Source: Paraglomus brasilianum (taxonomy: Eukaryota). From it: DNA of 36,572 nucleotides. The translations under genes and the position numbers were made by a program. The stretch covers positions 1 through 36,572 of the forward strand of contig CAJVPI010000289.1 of NCBI GenBank assembly GCA_910592345.1. Reading direction: 5' to 3'. The notes below the pieces were generated by a model. It made no database searches. It worked only from the letters and a program-made list of their open reading frames with translations, and was not told where the DNA came from. How positions within the stretch are numbered: position 1 is the stretch's first letter; every line of letters starts with the position of its first letter. Shown piece after piece: positions 12,208 through 27,190 of this stretch.

Positions 12208-13502
12208 CCCATCAAAAACAAATTTGGTGGGTCCTTTATTGGGCACAGCTACGGTGGACCGCTAAAAAAGAACTTGAATGTAAGATATAGATAGAAGCAC
12301 ATTTATCAAAATGATTCTTACAGGAGGTTCAAATAGTCCCATATAAATTTCGTATTATTGTTGATTCGTGTTTTTATGTAGCCCTTATCTACAAAGTTTT
12401 CGTCTATATTTCAAGTCATATTATTAAGAGAGTACTATGTATTAAACAAAAGCAACAGGATATTTTGGCATTAAAGATCATATAATTTGATAAAATCAAT
12501 AATATATTGTTTCATGTTACGTACGTATCATCCATTTTAATTGTTGGCAATGATTTTTGATTGTCTTATCTCGTATACTACACGTATATCAATAGGTACA
12601 AAATCACTTTTTGATCCTGATTGTGAATAGTTGAGGGTTTGTTTTTATTCTAAATTAACTGCATTCCATTAGTTTCTCACATTTATTTACAAAATTTTTT
12701 ATTATATAATTTACCAGGAGTTACTTGAGGAGAGAATAATCTGAAAGATTATATTCAAGACGCGTGTACTCGTACACCGGACGATAATGGGTTGGATTTA
12801 TAAAATACGGTGTTGCAAAAAAAAAAAATTTTTAGCAAAGTATCTTGTTTTTGCCATACTACATATTACTTTATACTGCATTTGTGTGTTTTTAATATAG
12901 TAAGACACGCTATTATTAATAAAAAAAAAAGATTTTAATGTTGTAGTCAGATTCGGGAAGAAGTCTTGATTGTGATTTTCCCGATGACATTCCTACCAAT
13001 AGGAATATTACGTTTAGAAAGGGACAGAACAGCTTTCAAAATCCGAGATCCAGAAGGTTATAGAAAACAGTGAGGTAAAAAAAGATAATAGCCAATTACA
13101 CCGCTTGCAAAGAGACTTAGCTGCTAAAGAACAAGAAGTAGCAGCTCTCAAGAACAGTGCGAAAGTAAAAGGATCCACCAGTCGAATTTCGCCACTTTGG
13201 TTAATTCCTACAGTGTTAGTAACTGTGCATTCATGGTAGTATGAGCACTGAAGAAAAGACTTAAAAAATAACTGGTGACCTCACATGTTCCCTTTGTCTG
13301 GTTTTGTTGCAGCACGCCCCATTTCATATAGTATCGCTGGGTAGAATTGATCTTTATCGTGATTTTATTCCCTAAATGAAAAAAAAAAGGATGAAGAGGA
13401 TTAGCAGATAGAATACTTGAAAGAGATAGTAATAGACAGATGTTAGGCATTTTGAAAAAGATTAGCAGACAAAATATCCTTTTTTGATAAAATTTGTTCA
13501 CA

Positions 13503-13510
13503 TGACGTCA
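13503..13510. promoter_or_regulatory. CRE-like palindrome TGACGTCA upstream of SCAI ATG
   Basis: Perfect ATF/CREB consensus about 65 bp before the start codon; single site. Confidence 0.25.
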
Positions 13511-13575
13511 AACGCTGGTTGCGTTAAATTAACGTTAATATTAAGAGAAAAAGCTTGAAACTTTAACGGCTGACG

Positions 13576-16493
13576 ATGGAAGAGACACAAAAAGATCCAA
13601 ATCCCAGTTTATCCAGTCACGCAGGCTCCGGCTCACAGTCTATTAGCCAAGACGTACACATGGAAGACGCCAGTGGAAATCATTCTAACACCACCAATAA
13701 TGCTACTACTGGTGGTGACGTGTCCAACCATGGCAGTAGTGGCGGCAACAAGGAATCGTCAACTGACGAAGGAAACCCACCAATTAACGATCAACAAAGA
13801 ATAGTCGAAGAATTCCAATACTTGCTGGAAAAGAGTCAGCAGATGTTTGCTGGTCTAAGGTAAGAGAGAGGTTGTCCTTGCCTAGTTTGGAAGACAGAAA
13901 TTGAAGGACCGAAGCTTGGCTTTTTAGGGAATTGCCCCCTACTGGTGGTCGACAATGGCAGCCCCATTTCCAACGAACGTTCGAGGTTTATACTAAGGTG
14001 CTTGTTTAGTCCGCACATCTGATACTTACACTTTATGTGAGGAATGCGTAACTGACGAACGCTTCCCCCCTCAGTTGTGGAAATTTCAGCAACAAAACAG
14101 GTAAGCGCATTCGGACTTTCTCAGAACTTTGTCGAAAAACGCCCTGACGTTTTATTCTGTATTGTGATAGATATGTCCTGGAAAATAAGGATAATTATGG
14201 TTTGAAACGCTGGGAAGTTGGCGAAATTGCATCGAAGATTGGGCAGCTTTATTACCATTATTAGTAAGGAACTTATATTCTATTCAAGTTCTCAACGCCA
14301 TAAATTCAAAGTTACGAGCCTACTATTTTGTAATTAGTCTGCGCACTAGTGAGACGAATTACCTTCACGAGTCTTATATCTTCTATGAAGCAATTCGAGA
14401 TCGAGCATACTTTAAAGACGTGCTGGATCTCAAAAAGTTTGTATCTTTCGTAAGTCTGACAATAATATCGTGATTATGAATTCTCTCACAAATTGTTTCT
14501 CAAACAACAGCCCGGCTTTAATGATTAAGAAATTGAGATATTACGCCCGTTTTATCGTAGTGTGTTTACTTCTGAATAATAAGGAAGTTGTGCAACAATT
14601 GATGAATGAATTACACGGTTTGGTTAACGACTTTGTCAGGATATTCAAGCCTGTTGATTCGGTGGAATGGCAACAAGTTCTTCGGGAGATAGCAAATTTT
14701 TTAGAAGTATGCAAGAAGTGTTGTGAAATAATTTTTCGTACAGGGCATTGACTTACTAGCATTATTATACAGGCAGAGAAGAAACTAATACCTCATACAT
14801 CTGAAGGACAACATTTGAGTGTACCCCGACGATTGCAAATTGAACGCAGTCCGAGACTTGATAAGGACGGCTTACCAAGACTGAAACTGGCAGAAGCCAT
14901 CCTCGTTGGCAATTATCAGAACCAAATCAAATTTTCGGAGCTTACATTGGATATGTACCATATACTACAGTCACTCGGTAAGCTTGGTAATTTGAGGAAT
15001 TCCTTGACCAGACTTGATCTTACTTAGCGAAGATGGTTGGCGGTATTAGAGCGGGAGCCTGCCTCCTCTAAGGGGTCATCTTCAGAGAATCCTTTAGTAG
15101 TCGAAAAGGTATCAAGTAAAGACGAGAACACCGTTGAAGAACAATCAAACGTAGTGGCCTCGCATGATAAAAATAATTCCCGAAGAATTAATCCGCACAA
15201 GTATCTTCTGTACAAACCGACTTTGAGTCAGTTGATGGTTTATATAGCAACAGCATTCAAGGTAAGGCATTACTATCTCTGTAGTTATTAGTAAAACTGC
15301 TCTAATTTTGCTCGCTTTTCAGGAAATAAATGAGAACTCTGCCTTGCTATTATACTTGTCCGCCGATGGGATCAAACGTCCAATTAGTGAAGAAAATTTC
15401 GTTACTGGTACGCTTTTTTTATTTTTTTTTTTTATTATTATTTCTTCCCGATCGAACGATGCTTATAAACAAAGTATGCTGCAGGATATAACGGTGGGAT
15501 TGTGACTAGCTCACGAAAAGCGTTCGACAAGACAGACATAGTAGATACTAATAGCTTGGTCAATTGCTTACATCCGAATGACTTGGTTCCATTTACGAGA
15601 AAGCCGCTTTTCTTGATTGTTGACAGTCCCAACAGCACAGCATTTTCTGTAAGATTTCTGATGGGTTTAATGTGTATTGAATTCAGATTGTCAAGGAATG
15701 TTGCCGACGCTTTCATTGATTTGTACTGGTCTTATAGAGTTTTCCACGAGTTTTTGACCAACCATTTTGTTGCCTCATGTCGCCAACCGAGTATCCTCCT
15801 TCCATTACTGGTAATTAGATTCTTATTTGGAAAGATTTCCTGGCCTTGTATATTGATATATATTTCTTCACATACAGATACGTCCCAGATAGGCAGTCTG
15901 CTCACACTTTTCTTGCATGCTCCACTTCTCGCCTTCGCGTTCCTCTCTGGAATACACGAGCTAGCTAAGGAATCATGGGACAGATGTCTGACGCTTATGA
16001 CCGAGATGGAGACCGATATAGTTGAACTTTTTAACAAGTCTGATTTAGGTATATGCGCTATGTGTGTCTCCTTTCCAACATAAATCAATATGGGCTTCAC
16101 ATTCTGTACGGATTTTTCTTTCACTCTAGAGAAATCAGTAAAACGCTTCCTGCAGGATGACTTCCTTCGTCAATTTTTGGTGAGATTCGTACTTTGCCAG
16201 GCACTTTTAAGAGCACACACGGCATTTCAGAATGAAAAGGTAGTAGTACATTTCAAATTAGTGTCATACCTTCTTTGCTGTCCGACTTGTTGACTTATCC
16301 ATACTTGTTTATGCATATAAAGCATTATCCAACATCTAGTCCGTCTTTACCTTCCGAATTAACCGTTACAACCGAATTATTCGTTAAAATCCAACAGCTT
16401 GTAAAGGAAGCGCATGTAGAACCCCTTTATTCTTTCTCCCCAGAATCAATTGGGATAGATATTTCATCTTCGGAGATGGTCTTGAATAAATAG
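13576..16493 (+). CDS. SCAI: SCAI (DUF3550) homologue; 14 exons: 13576-13859, 13928-13997, 14075-14100, 14171-14263, 14338-14436, 14511-14706, 14773-14977, 15050-15261, 15323-15407, 15485-15648, 15738-15810, 15878-16048, 16130-16239, 16323-16493
   Basis: Spliced product carries SCAI signatures EFQYLLEKSQQMFAGLRELP..WQPHFQRTFEVYTKLWKFQQQNR, YGLKRWEVGEIASKIGQLYYHYYLRTSE, KKLRYYARFIVVCLLLN, KFSELTLDM, NPHKYLLYKPT, LLLYLSADG, PFTRKPLFLIVDS; all junctions GT-AG and in phase. Confidence 0.92.
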
Positions 16494-16859
16494 CGGATCT
16501 TTGGGTTGTCGAGTGATTTTGCATCGATAATAAAACGTTTAAAGCATTAAATTAAAACCACTTCAATCTGGGCCGTTGATATATGAACATGGTACACCAT
16601 AAGTCGCCAACAGGGACTGGCCTCTGACCGTCTATCAAGCGACCGGTTTATTTGTATATCGTATAGCTTGTTATGCTTTTTCTTTATCTGACGGAAACAC
16701 AATAGACGGTTGATTCTTTTTGACTTATTTCGCTAACAATGTCATGAAGACAGAGAGGGATAGCAATTACTTTATTTATATAAAAGGTCAACCCACAAAA
16801 GTATAACATGTTAGCTTTTTGATACTATGATTCTAATGATATATTTACTGCTTTGATCG

Positions 16860-17110
16860 TACAATCTAATGACACGTTTAGCACTCTTTTCCGTTGTCTG
16901 AATGTAATATCGCGGTGCACCAAACATCATGGTTACTAATAAAAAGCCAGCAACGTTCTTCGCCTCTTTGCTCTTTAATGGAAGCAAAATGTTCTCTTGC
17001 ATGGGCATTCGTCGCCATTCCACATCTGGACGTACTCTCGTGTTTAATCTTCAGAGCATTGGTTAGTATTGTGTTTGCTTAGCTAACTGTTGTAAGCTGC
17101 ATGCTTTATA
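16860..17110 (-). pseudogene. Ginger2/KRBA2-SCAND3-like DDE integrase relic
   Basis: Ordered fragments YKACS (Zn-binding remnant, starting 17110), RPD (17024-17032), AHAREHF (16986-17006), LLPLKSKEAKNVA..FGAP, then frameshifted ILHSDNGKE (16884-16910), matching the rve H..DHF / PL.SK.A.EVA / FG.P..L.SDNG.EF pattern. Confidence 0.75.
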
Positions 17111-18047
17111 CCTGAAAACTCCAAATACTTTATATTCACAGGTGTTTTTAATAATGTCTGAGTTTGCAGATGCGAGAAATACATTATCATTGCTATTAGT
17201 TACCTTAATATCACTGTGTTTATTATAACTACAGGTTGTAAGTCTTTTGATTGCAATTCTTCGTGTAGGTTTCCAATTACACATGCGTACTAAAAGGATC
17301 AAGATCACGAAATTCTTCATTCAAGCAAGCTCAACCGGTTCAGCTACGGTGTGCCAACAAAAATGGCAAAAAGCCATAAGCCATTGGTTGACAAGACACT
17401 TATGCAGTTGAGAATCGGTCTTCGATGAGGAAATTCAACCAACATCAACAGCAGCTGTCTTTGAGAAGCACCCACGCTGTTAATCCTGGTATTGCAATTC
17501 GTCGCCTGTATGACTCGTGCATTTCTTCACAACAAGTACACTGTAAGCGTGAGTAGCCAAGTCTGATAACGCAATTACACGCGACATATCCTTTTTTGCC
17601 GTCCAGCACGGAAAAAAAAAAACGGTACAAAAAACGCGACAAAAACGACCGACGACCTCATAACGCGGCGGAATGACCCAGATTAAAGATACTTTGAGCC
17701 TTACTCGGTAAATCCACTTTTTTAGTGCATTTCTGATTTTTTTTTTCAACGCCAATCTCGTTTGCGAAGTGCTTTCTAACCCATGCTCTTAGCTTTGCGG
17801 GATGTGAGTTTCAACACTTGACACTTCCTTCACGATATTTCTCATTCAGATGAGTTTAGATAAATACCATATAAGGGTATGTAAGTGAATATGATGATTT
17901 TTTTTTTAATATGCTTAAGGTCAAATTTCCATTATTATAATTTAGTTAATCTGTATCTTGACCTTTACTGCGTGAATCGTAGCCCACTTTTCTGACACTG
18001 TGTACAAGCGCGCAGTGACTTATCGGCCGCGGGGGAAGAAAAAAAAT

Positions 18048-18070
18048 AAACAAACAAACAAACAAACAAA
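18048..18070. repeat. (AAAC)n microsatellite
   Basis: Five tandem AAAC units. Confidence 0.8.
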
Positions 18071-20262
18071 TAAAATATTTCCTTTCGATTCAACGATTAT
18101 TAGATTGTTGTTGTTTGATAATCGTTGGTACGCTTATTTGGATAGAATAGAAAATACATGGGTAAGCAAACTTGATAAGTCGGATAAAATCTCCTACCAT
18201 ATTCTTTTTTTCATATTTAAATTTTCTCGACAAGTCGGTACATCGTATAGCCATCGATAGTACGAGGTTGGTGAACACACCTATGCGAAAGATAATATCG
18301 CTCTCTTACTCAAAATATATACCAATGTAAGCATCTTTTTTATTTTGGACAACAATAAAACAAGCTGTCTATCATAATTATAGTATTGTTTCCTTAGGGA
18401 CTATGGATGGATAACTGAAAATAATTCACATGACGTTTACTGTATTTTCGACAGCACAAATTTACATTACAATAGTCCTCTCGAATGGGAGAACTTGACA
18501 TGTCGCTCTACCCTCAACAAAATTTATGTCAAGTTTGCCCCTTAAATGTTCGATTATTATTATGCTCATGTTTTTTTTAATGTTCTATTGATATTATAAA
18601 CGAGTAGTTCTTCATATTCTGAAATACATTATTAATGATTCGTTCTCTGGTAAATTATCGGTATAGTTGTGAAACCGCTAATCCCTATATCTATTAGGAA
18701 TATTCGCTTCTTGTCCCGTGGTATTCTCATGGCATTACGATTGTTATTCGCTTATGATGAGACGTACGTTTTAATATATAGGCTTCCAAATTAATCCCAT
18801 CAGAAGGGAATAGAGGATTAATTCGAGTGCGAATAACCGTCTAAGATTAGTATCTACCGATCGACACTGAAAAGAGCAAGACCACAAAAGGTTTTTTTCT
18901 GCTCTTCAATCTAGATAAACTATTCAGTATGCAAGCCAGTGTGACGGACGCTCAATTGTGCCCTGGCACAAAAAGTGACAATGAAATTGCCACAGAAGGC
19001 AAAATTTACGCCCCACCTACTTTATTAACATTCGCTAAATTCCATTGTTGGAGGGTGTGTTAAAAATTGTTGCAGTCTGTTGAGTAAATAATAGAATATT
19101 AAATAAAATACTACAATCGATAGTAAAATTAATTAAAAATTATCGTCCATGATTATCAATTAAACTCATTCACTAGAAGCGGCTGAAAACGACGCGTCGA
19201 AATTTTATCGCCCTTTTATAATTAACACTCTTCGACTAAGAATTATTATTAGTAATAATAGTTTTATTCTTGTGTATCGTTGTTGCTGAACGAAGTTCTA
19301 TTGCTTAGGAGGCTAAATCAAGCCGGATAAGTAAGCTTACAGAAGTTAGATTAATATCCAACTAGTTAAGCGGGCGCTGGTGTATCAGACCAGACGGGAA
19401 AGAATAGTTCGATTATCGATGCAATATTTTTATTTAAAAAGCCGCCTGCAAATTTTAGCTACGCCTTAATTGACGCGAGCGTGTAAGCAAGACCATGTTT
19501 AGAGCTAAATTTGGAGAATATTCCACGGTCAAACTGGACACAAACGCTCTCCAGGTGACGAACGTAATACTGTTTATGTGATCTCTTGCATAAAGCAAAT
19601 ATTAAGGCTAAAACAGCTATCAATTTCAAACCCTCTCAGGAGTCTTTCGAACCAATTTTTATGGAGTAAAGCACTAACACCAGCCTCAACAAGAATAACA
19701 ATGTAATAATTGGTCATGGTTAAGTTTAGTTATTTGTGACAAATTCTTTCTTGACGCGTCGCGTCTTGCCATTACACAAGTGCAATCAAGACATGTAGAA
19801 AAATGTCACTTTCGGAATTCTTGTAAAATGTTGTAATTGACACCTGATCAGTTTATCTCACTTCCATTTATCATCAACAGTTGCGTGCAATATCTCGAAT
19901 ACAAATGTTTTTATATTAAAAATGAAATTCTATTATTAGCAGAATCACAGATACGAATACGGATGAAGATGTGACCTCAGTCAAGAAAACGAGGTTCAAT
20001 CAGCAGATAATGATGATGAAGTCGAAGACTTATCAAAGCAACAACTATTTAATCTACAAACTTCAAATAAGCACTTGAAATATTTATATTTTGATTAGCC
20101 AATCATACAAATGTCTGATATTAATATGGGGCATCCTTAACCCAAGATGGGTGTAGACTCTTATCCTTATTTAATAGTGTAACGTCCCACGAGAATAAAG
20201 TTTTCCTTTTTTTAATCAATAAATAGTGCGTGTTTTTATACGCCGAAAATCACACTGATCTA

Positions 20263-20468
20263 CAGTCACCTTGACGATCAATTAGTAAACATATGAAACC
20301 CCTTTTTCTTCGAAAATCCCTACTGTACATATTTACTATGTAAGTTACAATAATTTTTGTGTCGTTTTGAAGCTAATTGATTGTATTTTTTGTAAACAAC
20401 AATGACATATTCAGTAGTAAATATGCACAGTAGGGATTTTCCATATGTTTTACTCTGTCTGGTGACTG
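20263..20468. mobile_element. 206-bp Tc1/mariner-pogo-type MITE with TA target duplication
   Basis: TA|CAGTCACC ... GGTGACTG|TA; inner inverted repeat 20312-20338 vs 20415-20441 matches at 26/27; AAACATATG/CATATGTTT also paired. Confidence 0.85.
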
Positions 20469-21239
20469 TATATGATCATTTCAAATGTAATTAACGCAGA
20501 CATGCCAATAGTGTTCACTCAAACGTGTTGGCAAGTCCATCTTGCTCTACATAGTACCGATGCTATTAGTAGCTATAAGAGTTTTGGGATGCTAATAAAG
20601 AATAAATATATGAATACATGTCAACAAAGATAGTAATAGTTATCTCAAACTTTTACACTGTCTAGAACGCTGCTATTATTTTATACATAATTATCTTTTT
20701 ATCTGTTTTCGTACAAGTTGTTTTAAAAATATACTGGGCACATTTGCACCTAATTCTTCTTAAAGACTTCTGACTTGCGTTACAACATCAGAATGTGCTG
20801 TTAATTCAGCGATACTGCAGAAAGATTTATACTATGTCAAAGAAAAACCAAAATGGCAGGACCTGTCAGAACAAGCTCAAATATTGATAGGAGAAACGTT
20901 TTTCCTTCAGTGACCAAAGCCCATATTAGGACGACCAAAAGATATGCTGCCAGTTCTCAAGATAGTATTGCAAAGATGATTACATATTACGAATTTATGG
21001 GTTTATTTCTTAGATACAAACTGCAGAAATGATTACTGAATGAAGCCCGACTACTGACAAAAAACTTCGTGATCCGGAAGGATATGCTAAGGTTTGAGGT
21101 AAAAAAATAAATTTAAACACTGATTTGGAGCAAAACTAGCAACTATTACAAGAAGATAACAATCATCACCAATGTGATTGATCCCTGCTGCGTTAGGCGA
21201 CTATGAAAGTTACAGCATTGATAGTATTGCGTGCACTTT

Positions 21240-23841
21240 CTAATAGTCTACCAATTTCAAGATTTTCCCGACCATTTTCATGCCCTCCCTCTTTTCTTCC
21301 AAACGGTGTTCACGTAATTCCTCGAGACCACCAGCGTCAAAGTAACCATAGCCGGAAAGCATGCTTATGTTTTCTTCATCCGATACATTACGCATCATAT
21401 CATGCGTCCTTTTTTCAGACAAAAGTAACAGTCGCACATCAAGTAAATAGTTCTTAAGCGTCTGAAGAAAGCGATGCGTTTGTCGATGCTTAGACGAGGC
21501 GCAAAACTGCATAGAATAATAAGTTTAGTATTATTATGATTGGACAAATTCAGTTGTCAAGTTAATATAACCACTTACAGCGATGCCCTCTTCCTTGATA
21601 ATATAACCAATACCAAAACCATCAGCTACAACAGGGCCAAAACCAAACAGTCGCAGGGCAGGGTTACCGCAGTTGCTTGTACTGATTACCGTATGGTTGA
21701 GCGTTTGCCAACCGGAATCCTTATAGATTGAAGGTATCTTGTCTTCGTTAACCTTTCCCAGTTGATCTTTTTGCCAAATACATTGTAAGGCATAGAGATG
21801 TCTGTCTTGCCCCAGGCCTTTAGAACACGTTTTGGTAAGACTGACTTGAGCATCAATCGCCTTTCGGAGACTTTCAAGTTTCTCGACTCCAGGCGCGTCC
21901 GTCCAAAATAATTTGACAAACTCTACTGATTCAGTAGATACTGGTCTAATTGCTTCGGTGCGTCCATGAAGGAAAGCTTTAGTCATAGCCGGTTCATATG
22001 CACATTCAATCGATCCGTAGAGTCCATAGTATGCTGCTTGGAATGCCATCTAAAAGTCAAAGTGAACAGCATTATAATCATAGGTTGCAAAGAGATAATA
22101 CACGTGTATACGTACTTGCACGAATGCATCCGGGCTGAGCTGATGGCTTATAATAAAGTGTTTTCCATACGTATTGAATTCCAACACTGCAATCTCATTT
22201 TGCAATATTAGATCGCTCAATCTACTCTCTGCAAATCTAATGCCAGTCTGCACTTCTGGAGTTAGCGTCCATTCTAGTTTCTTTGGAGTTGTATCGATAA
22301 TTTGAGTTCCATTAGGGTTTCTTTGTTGGCGTGTGTGAGAAGACGAATGGAAGAGGGATTTAGTGTGACTGTTGATTGTTTGTGCGAATCGAAGGATAGT
22401 ATCCGTATAGATATCCGAGACAAAGCGCAAGACCGTGTGACCATCCACACCTATTGTAGTAATAAATGACATAAGAATAAATATCTAAAAACTACATTAA
22501 CCGAAAAGAAATATAATACTAGGCCGATATTTAAATAACGTGTACCTGTGTGCTCAAAATTCACTCCAGCTGAACCATTTTCACATACTATAATCTGTAA
22601 CTTGTCGTACCATCTGTTTGAACATGTGCCAACCTGAACTCCCTGTTCAATTTTGTATGTACCACATAGCATATTCTCTGAAACCTCGTCTCCGGTTGTT
22701 GGAGATACTTCATCAAGACAAACGACAAATAGTGCCGAGTCAAGAACTCTAAGTGCATCTTTATTCTCTGCAAATTGCTCCAGAATATCACGGAGACCTG
22801 CCCATACCTTACGATTTTCGGTCGATAGAATGCCTACGGCGTGTTTAGCAACTTCGACTACTGGTGTCTGTTGGGCATCTTGTTTAATGGTTTTCAAATT
22901 AGCTACAAGTTCCTTCTCGGTTATGCATACTTGGTTATCACCATTAAACACTTCAAACCAATAGAATTGTCCACGACAGACAACTGTTATGTGTCTGGAC
23001 TGCTTTTCCGTTTGCATAATACATCCATTTTCCGTCGGTAGGCGAGAAGTGCCGAATAGTCTTTCAAATTGAGACATGCATAATGGAGTGCCTCTGAATA
23101 CATCAGGCTCGAGAGCCTCGATACGGAGAGCATGCACAAATTTCAAGGAAGAGACGATAAGGGAAGCAGCACGAATAACTTGGTTATTCTTTGCCGGTGT
23201 CGGATCATCCTCGAGTACGAAGAATGGGTTGAGATTAAGGACGACTGGATCGCTATAGTGTAAATAGGATTCGTACCAGAACTCTTCGATGTAGCTCGAC
23301 TTATCCTCGGCATATTTGAGGAGTCTCTCTTGGAGTATGGGACCCTCACAAGTTGCGAATTCTTCGACCGCAGCAAGTGTCCGTTCGTGTTCTTTATTGC
23401 TCTGCAATTAAGGAGGATAGACAGGATCAACGTCGCTCAGAAACTATTTTTTTTAATTGCATGTGATTTGATAGGGCGATCTTGATCTATAATCTGCAGT
23501 TCTGTAATTATTGGTATACTGATAATAGATCGTGGGGCTCTGATTGCATTGCTCATTTCCTGACATTAATGACGGGTGTATATTTAACGAAAGATGCACA
23601 TGCACTATTTTCGTGGAATTTTCGGCATCTAATTTAACTTACCCAAACCGCTTTCTGCCTACAAATAACTCTCCCCAACTTGTATTTAAGTTACCTGAAG
23701 TGGTTTTACAACTGCAATATATCGTTTCAGAGTGTCCTCTAATGGTGGAATGGGCAACTTTGGAAGTTTGTCTTGATACTGAAATGTCTTCGTTGCCGCT
23801 TCTTTGCCACCAGTCACAGACAAGGATACTCCTCCGTTCAT
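21240..23841 (-). CDS. YAT1: carnitine O-acetyltransferase, Yat1/FacC type; 5 exons: 23841-23695, 23401-22546, 22450-22116, 22049-21579, 21506-21240
   Basis: LPKLPIPPLEDT, VLNLNPFF, NRWYDK, catalytic EHTGVDGHT, SPDAFVQMAFQAAYY, FLHGRTE, GQDRHL, STSNCGNP, FGFGPVVADGFGIGY, CASSKHRQT; in-phase GT-AG introns. Confidence 0.93.
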
Positions 23842-24817
23842 AATGTCAACAATCACTTCAATGCTACGAAACAACGATAGAAACACTGTAGAAAGTGAGA
23901 GCTTAATTCGTTGGTTTTGACGGAGTTGGGTAGGGTAAGAATTTCATCTTTTTCCAAGATGTCCGTCATATGGGCATGTGCAACCAGATTATGTATAAAT
24001 TGTCACACCACCACAAATAATTCAGGGTGACGATATTAATATTAATATTATATCACACAAAAAGGGACCGCTGAACGCACAGAGAAAACAATGCTGCTAT
24101 TAATATTAATGGATTGGCATTCAAACTTATGGACTTAAAGACCACCCATCTAATTACAGGGTTGCTTTCTCTGCGGCCGATGTATAATGTAATGATACCA
24201 TTGTCTTGACCGTCTCTCTATTCTAATTCGACAATTCTCGAAATTACAGTACCTCTGATTCCAATCGGGACGTCATACTTGCAGTTACTCTCAATTTACA
24301 TTCACGCCTAAATACATAAACTGTTTTTTCTTTCTAAATGCATGCGCCCAAACTGGAGTTGTTTATTATCATTATTGTCATCATTATCCTGAAAAATATC
24401 CCAGTTTATTGTAATTGCCTTTCTCTTTCTAAAATTTTTACGTAATATAAATAGAACAATTAAAGTGAGCCCCTTATTCTTATTGACGAATTTTTAACTT
24501 AATTGGGCGACCTTCACATGAACTATGGTGGTAATAACCATTTGTAATGGCGGGAAGTCAGATGATTTGTAATTGCAGGCTGTTCCATTCTTCTATTTTC
24601 GTCAAGAACCTGCGTGATAATCATTCTCGAGATTTAGATTATCTAAAAGATCTATTTATTATTTAAAACGTGTAATTTATACTTACATTTAGCGTTACAC
24701 CAAAATCGTCAAAAATTTTTTTGTATAATAACCACATTAACATGCCCGTTAAAAGATTTGTCGCCAGAAAAACTGGGTCAAGCAAGGACTTTATTATTAA
24801 ACAGAACAGCAGAAACA

Positions 24818-26441
<1,624 letters not shown>

Positions 26442-27190
26442 AACAAGGAATAGAATCTATTTCCGGAAGAGATATTGTAATACTGCGAATGAAATAGTTA
26501 GACCATAAGCTCGGTTCTTTATAAAAAGTAGTGTCGAATAATAGTCTGCGTGCTAATCTAATTAATCTACTCAAATTTGAATAGAACCTCCCCAGAGGAG
26601 CATTCAGGTTGTCATCGTAGGTAGTAATAATAAATATGATTGGTTACGCCAACTACAATAGCATCATTGAATCATTACTTTGGCCCGATATTATAAGGCG
26701 TGATGCAGTTATTGTCAAATGGTTATGCTGACGGAGAACTAGTGGGCAGCGGCAAAGTTTAGTAATGGCGATCTGAAAGTTACAATAATGGTTGATAGAT
26801 CCTATATGGTTTGACATTGGGACGCGGGCAGTATTGGAAAGAATGAACTAGGCAATATAAGAAAATGTTTGACTTGAACGGTAATAACCTTGAACAAGTG
26901 ATCTTAGGAACATCGTCTATTGAAAATTGATCACAACTCCTTTGAATACGAAGAAACTTTTTTGAAGTAATCTGATTTTCGAAATGAGTAACGACTAAAA
27001 ATCTCAATATTAATCAAATACCCGCCCTTTCTAGCATATAACGTGATCATTCCAGACTTGCAAAATCACACAATACAACAATCATTCGAGTGAATAAAAT
27101 GCATACAAATCGCTAGAAGGCAAATTACAGAACGCTCAACTTAATTAAAGTGCAGAATAAAAATTCAGGGTAACTATGAATATATGAAAT

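Noticed and set aside
13087..13240. Coiled-coil-like peptide LHRLQRDLAAKEQEVAALK
   Set aside because: No start, splice model or family assignment
18492..18535. 10-bp inverted repeat AACTTGACAT/ATGTCAAGTT
   Set aside because: Short and isolated; no TSD or other support
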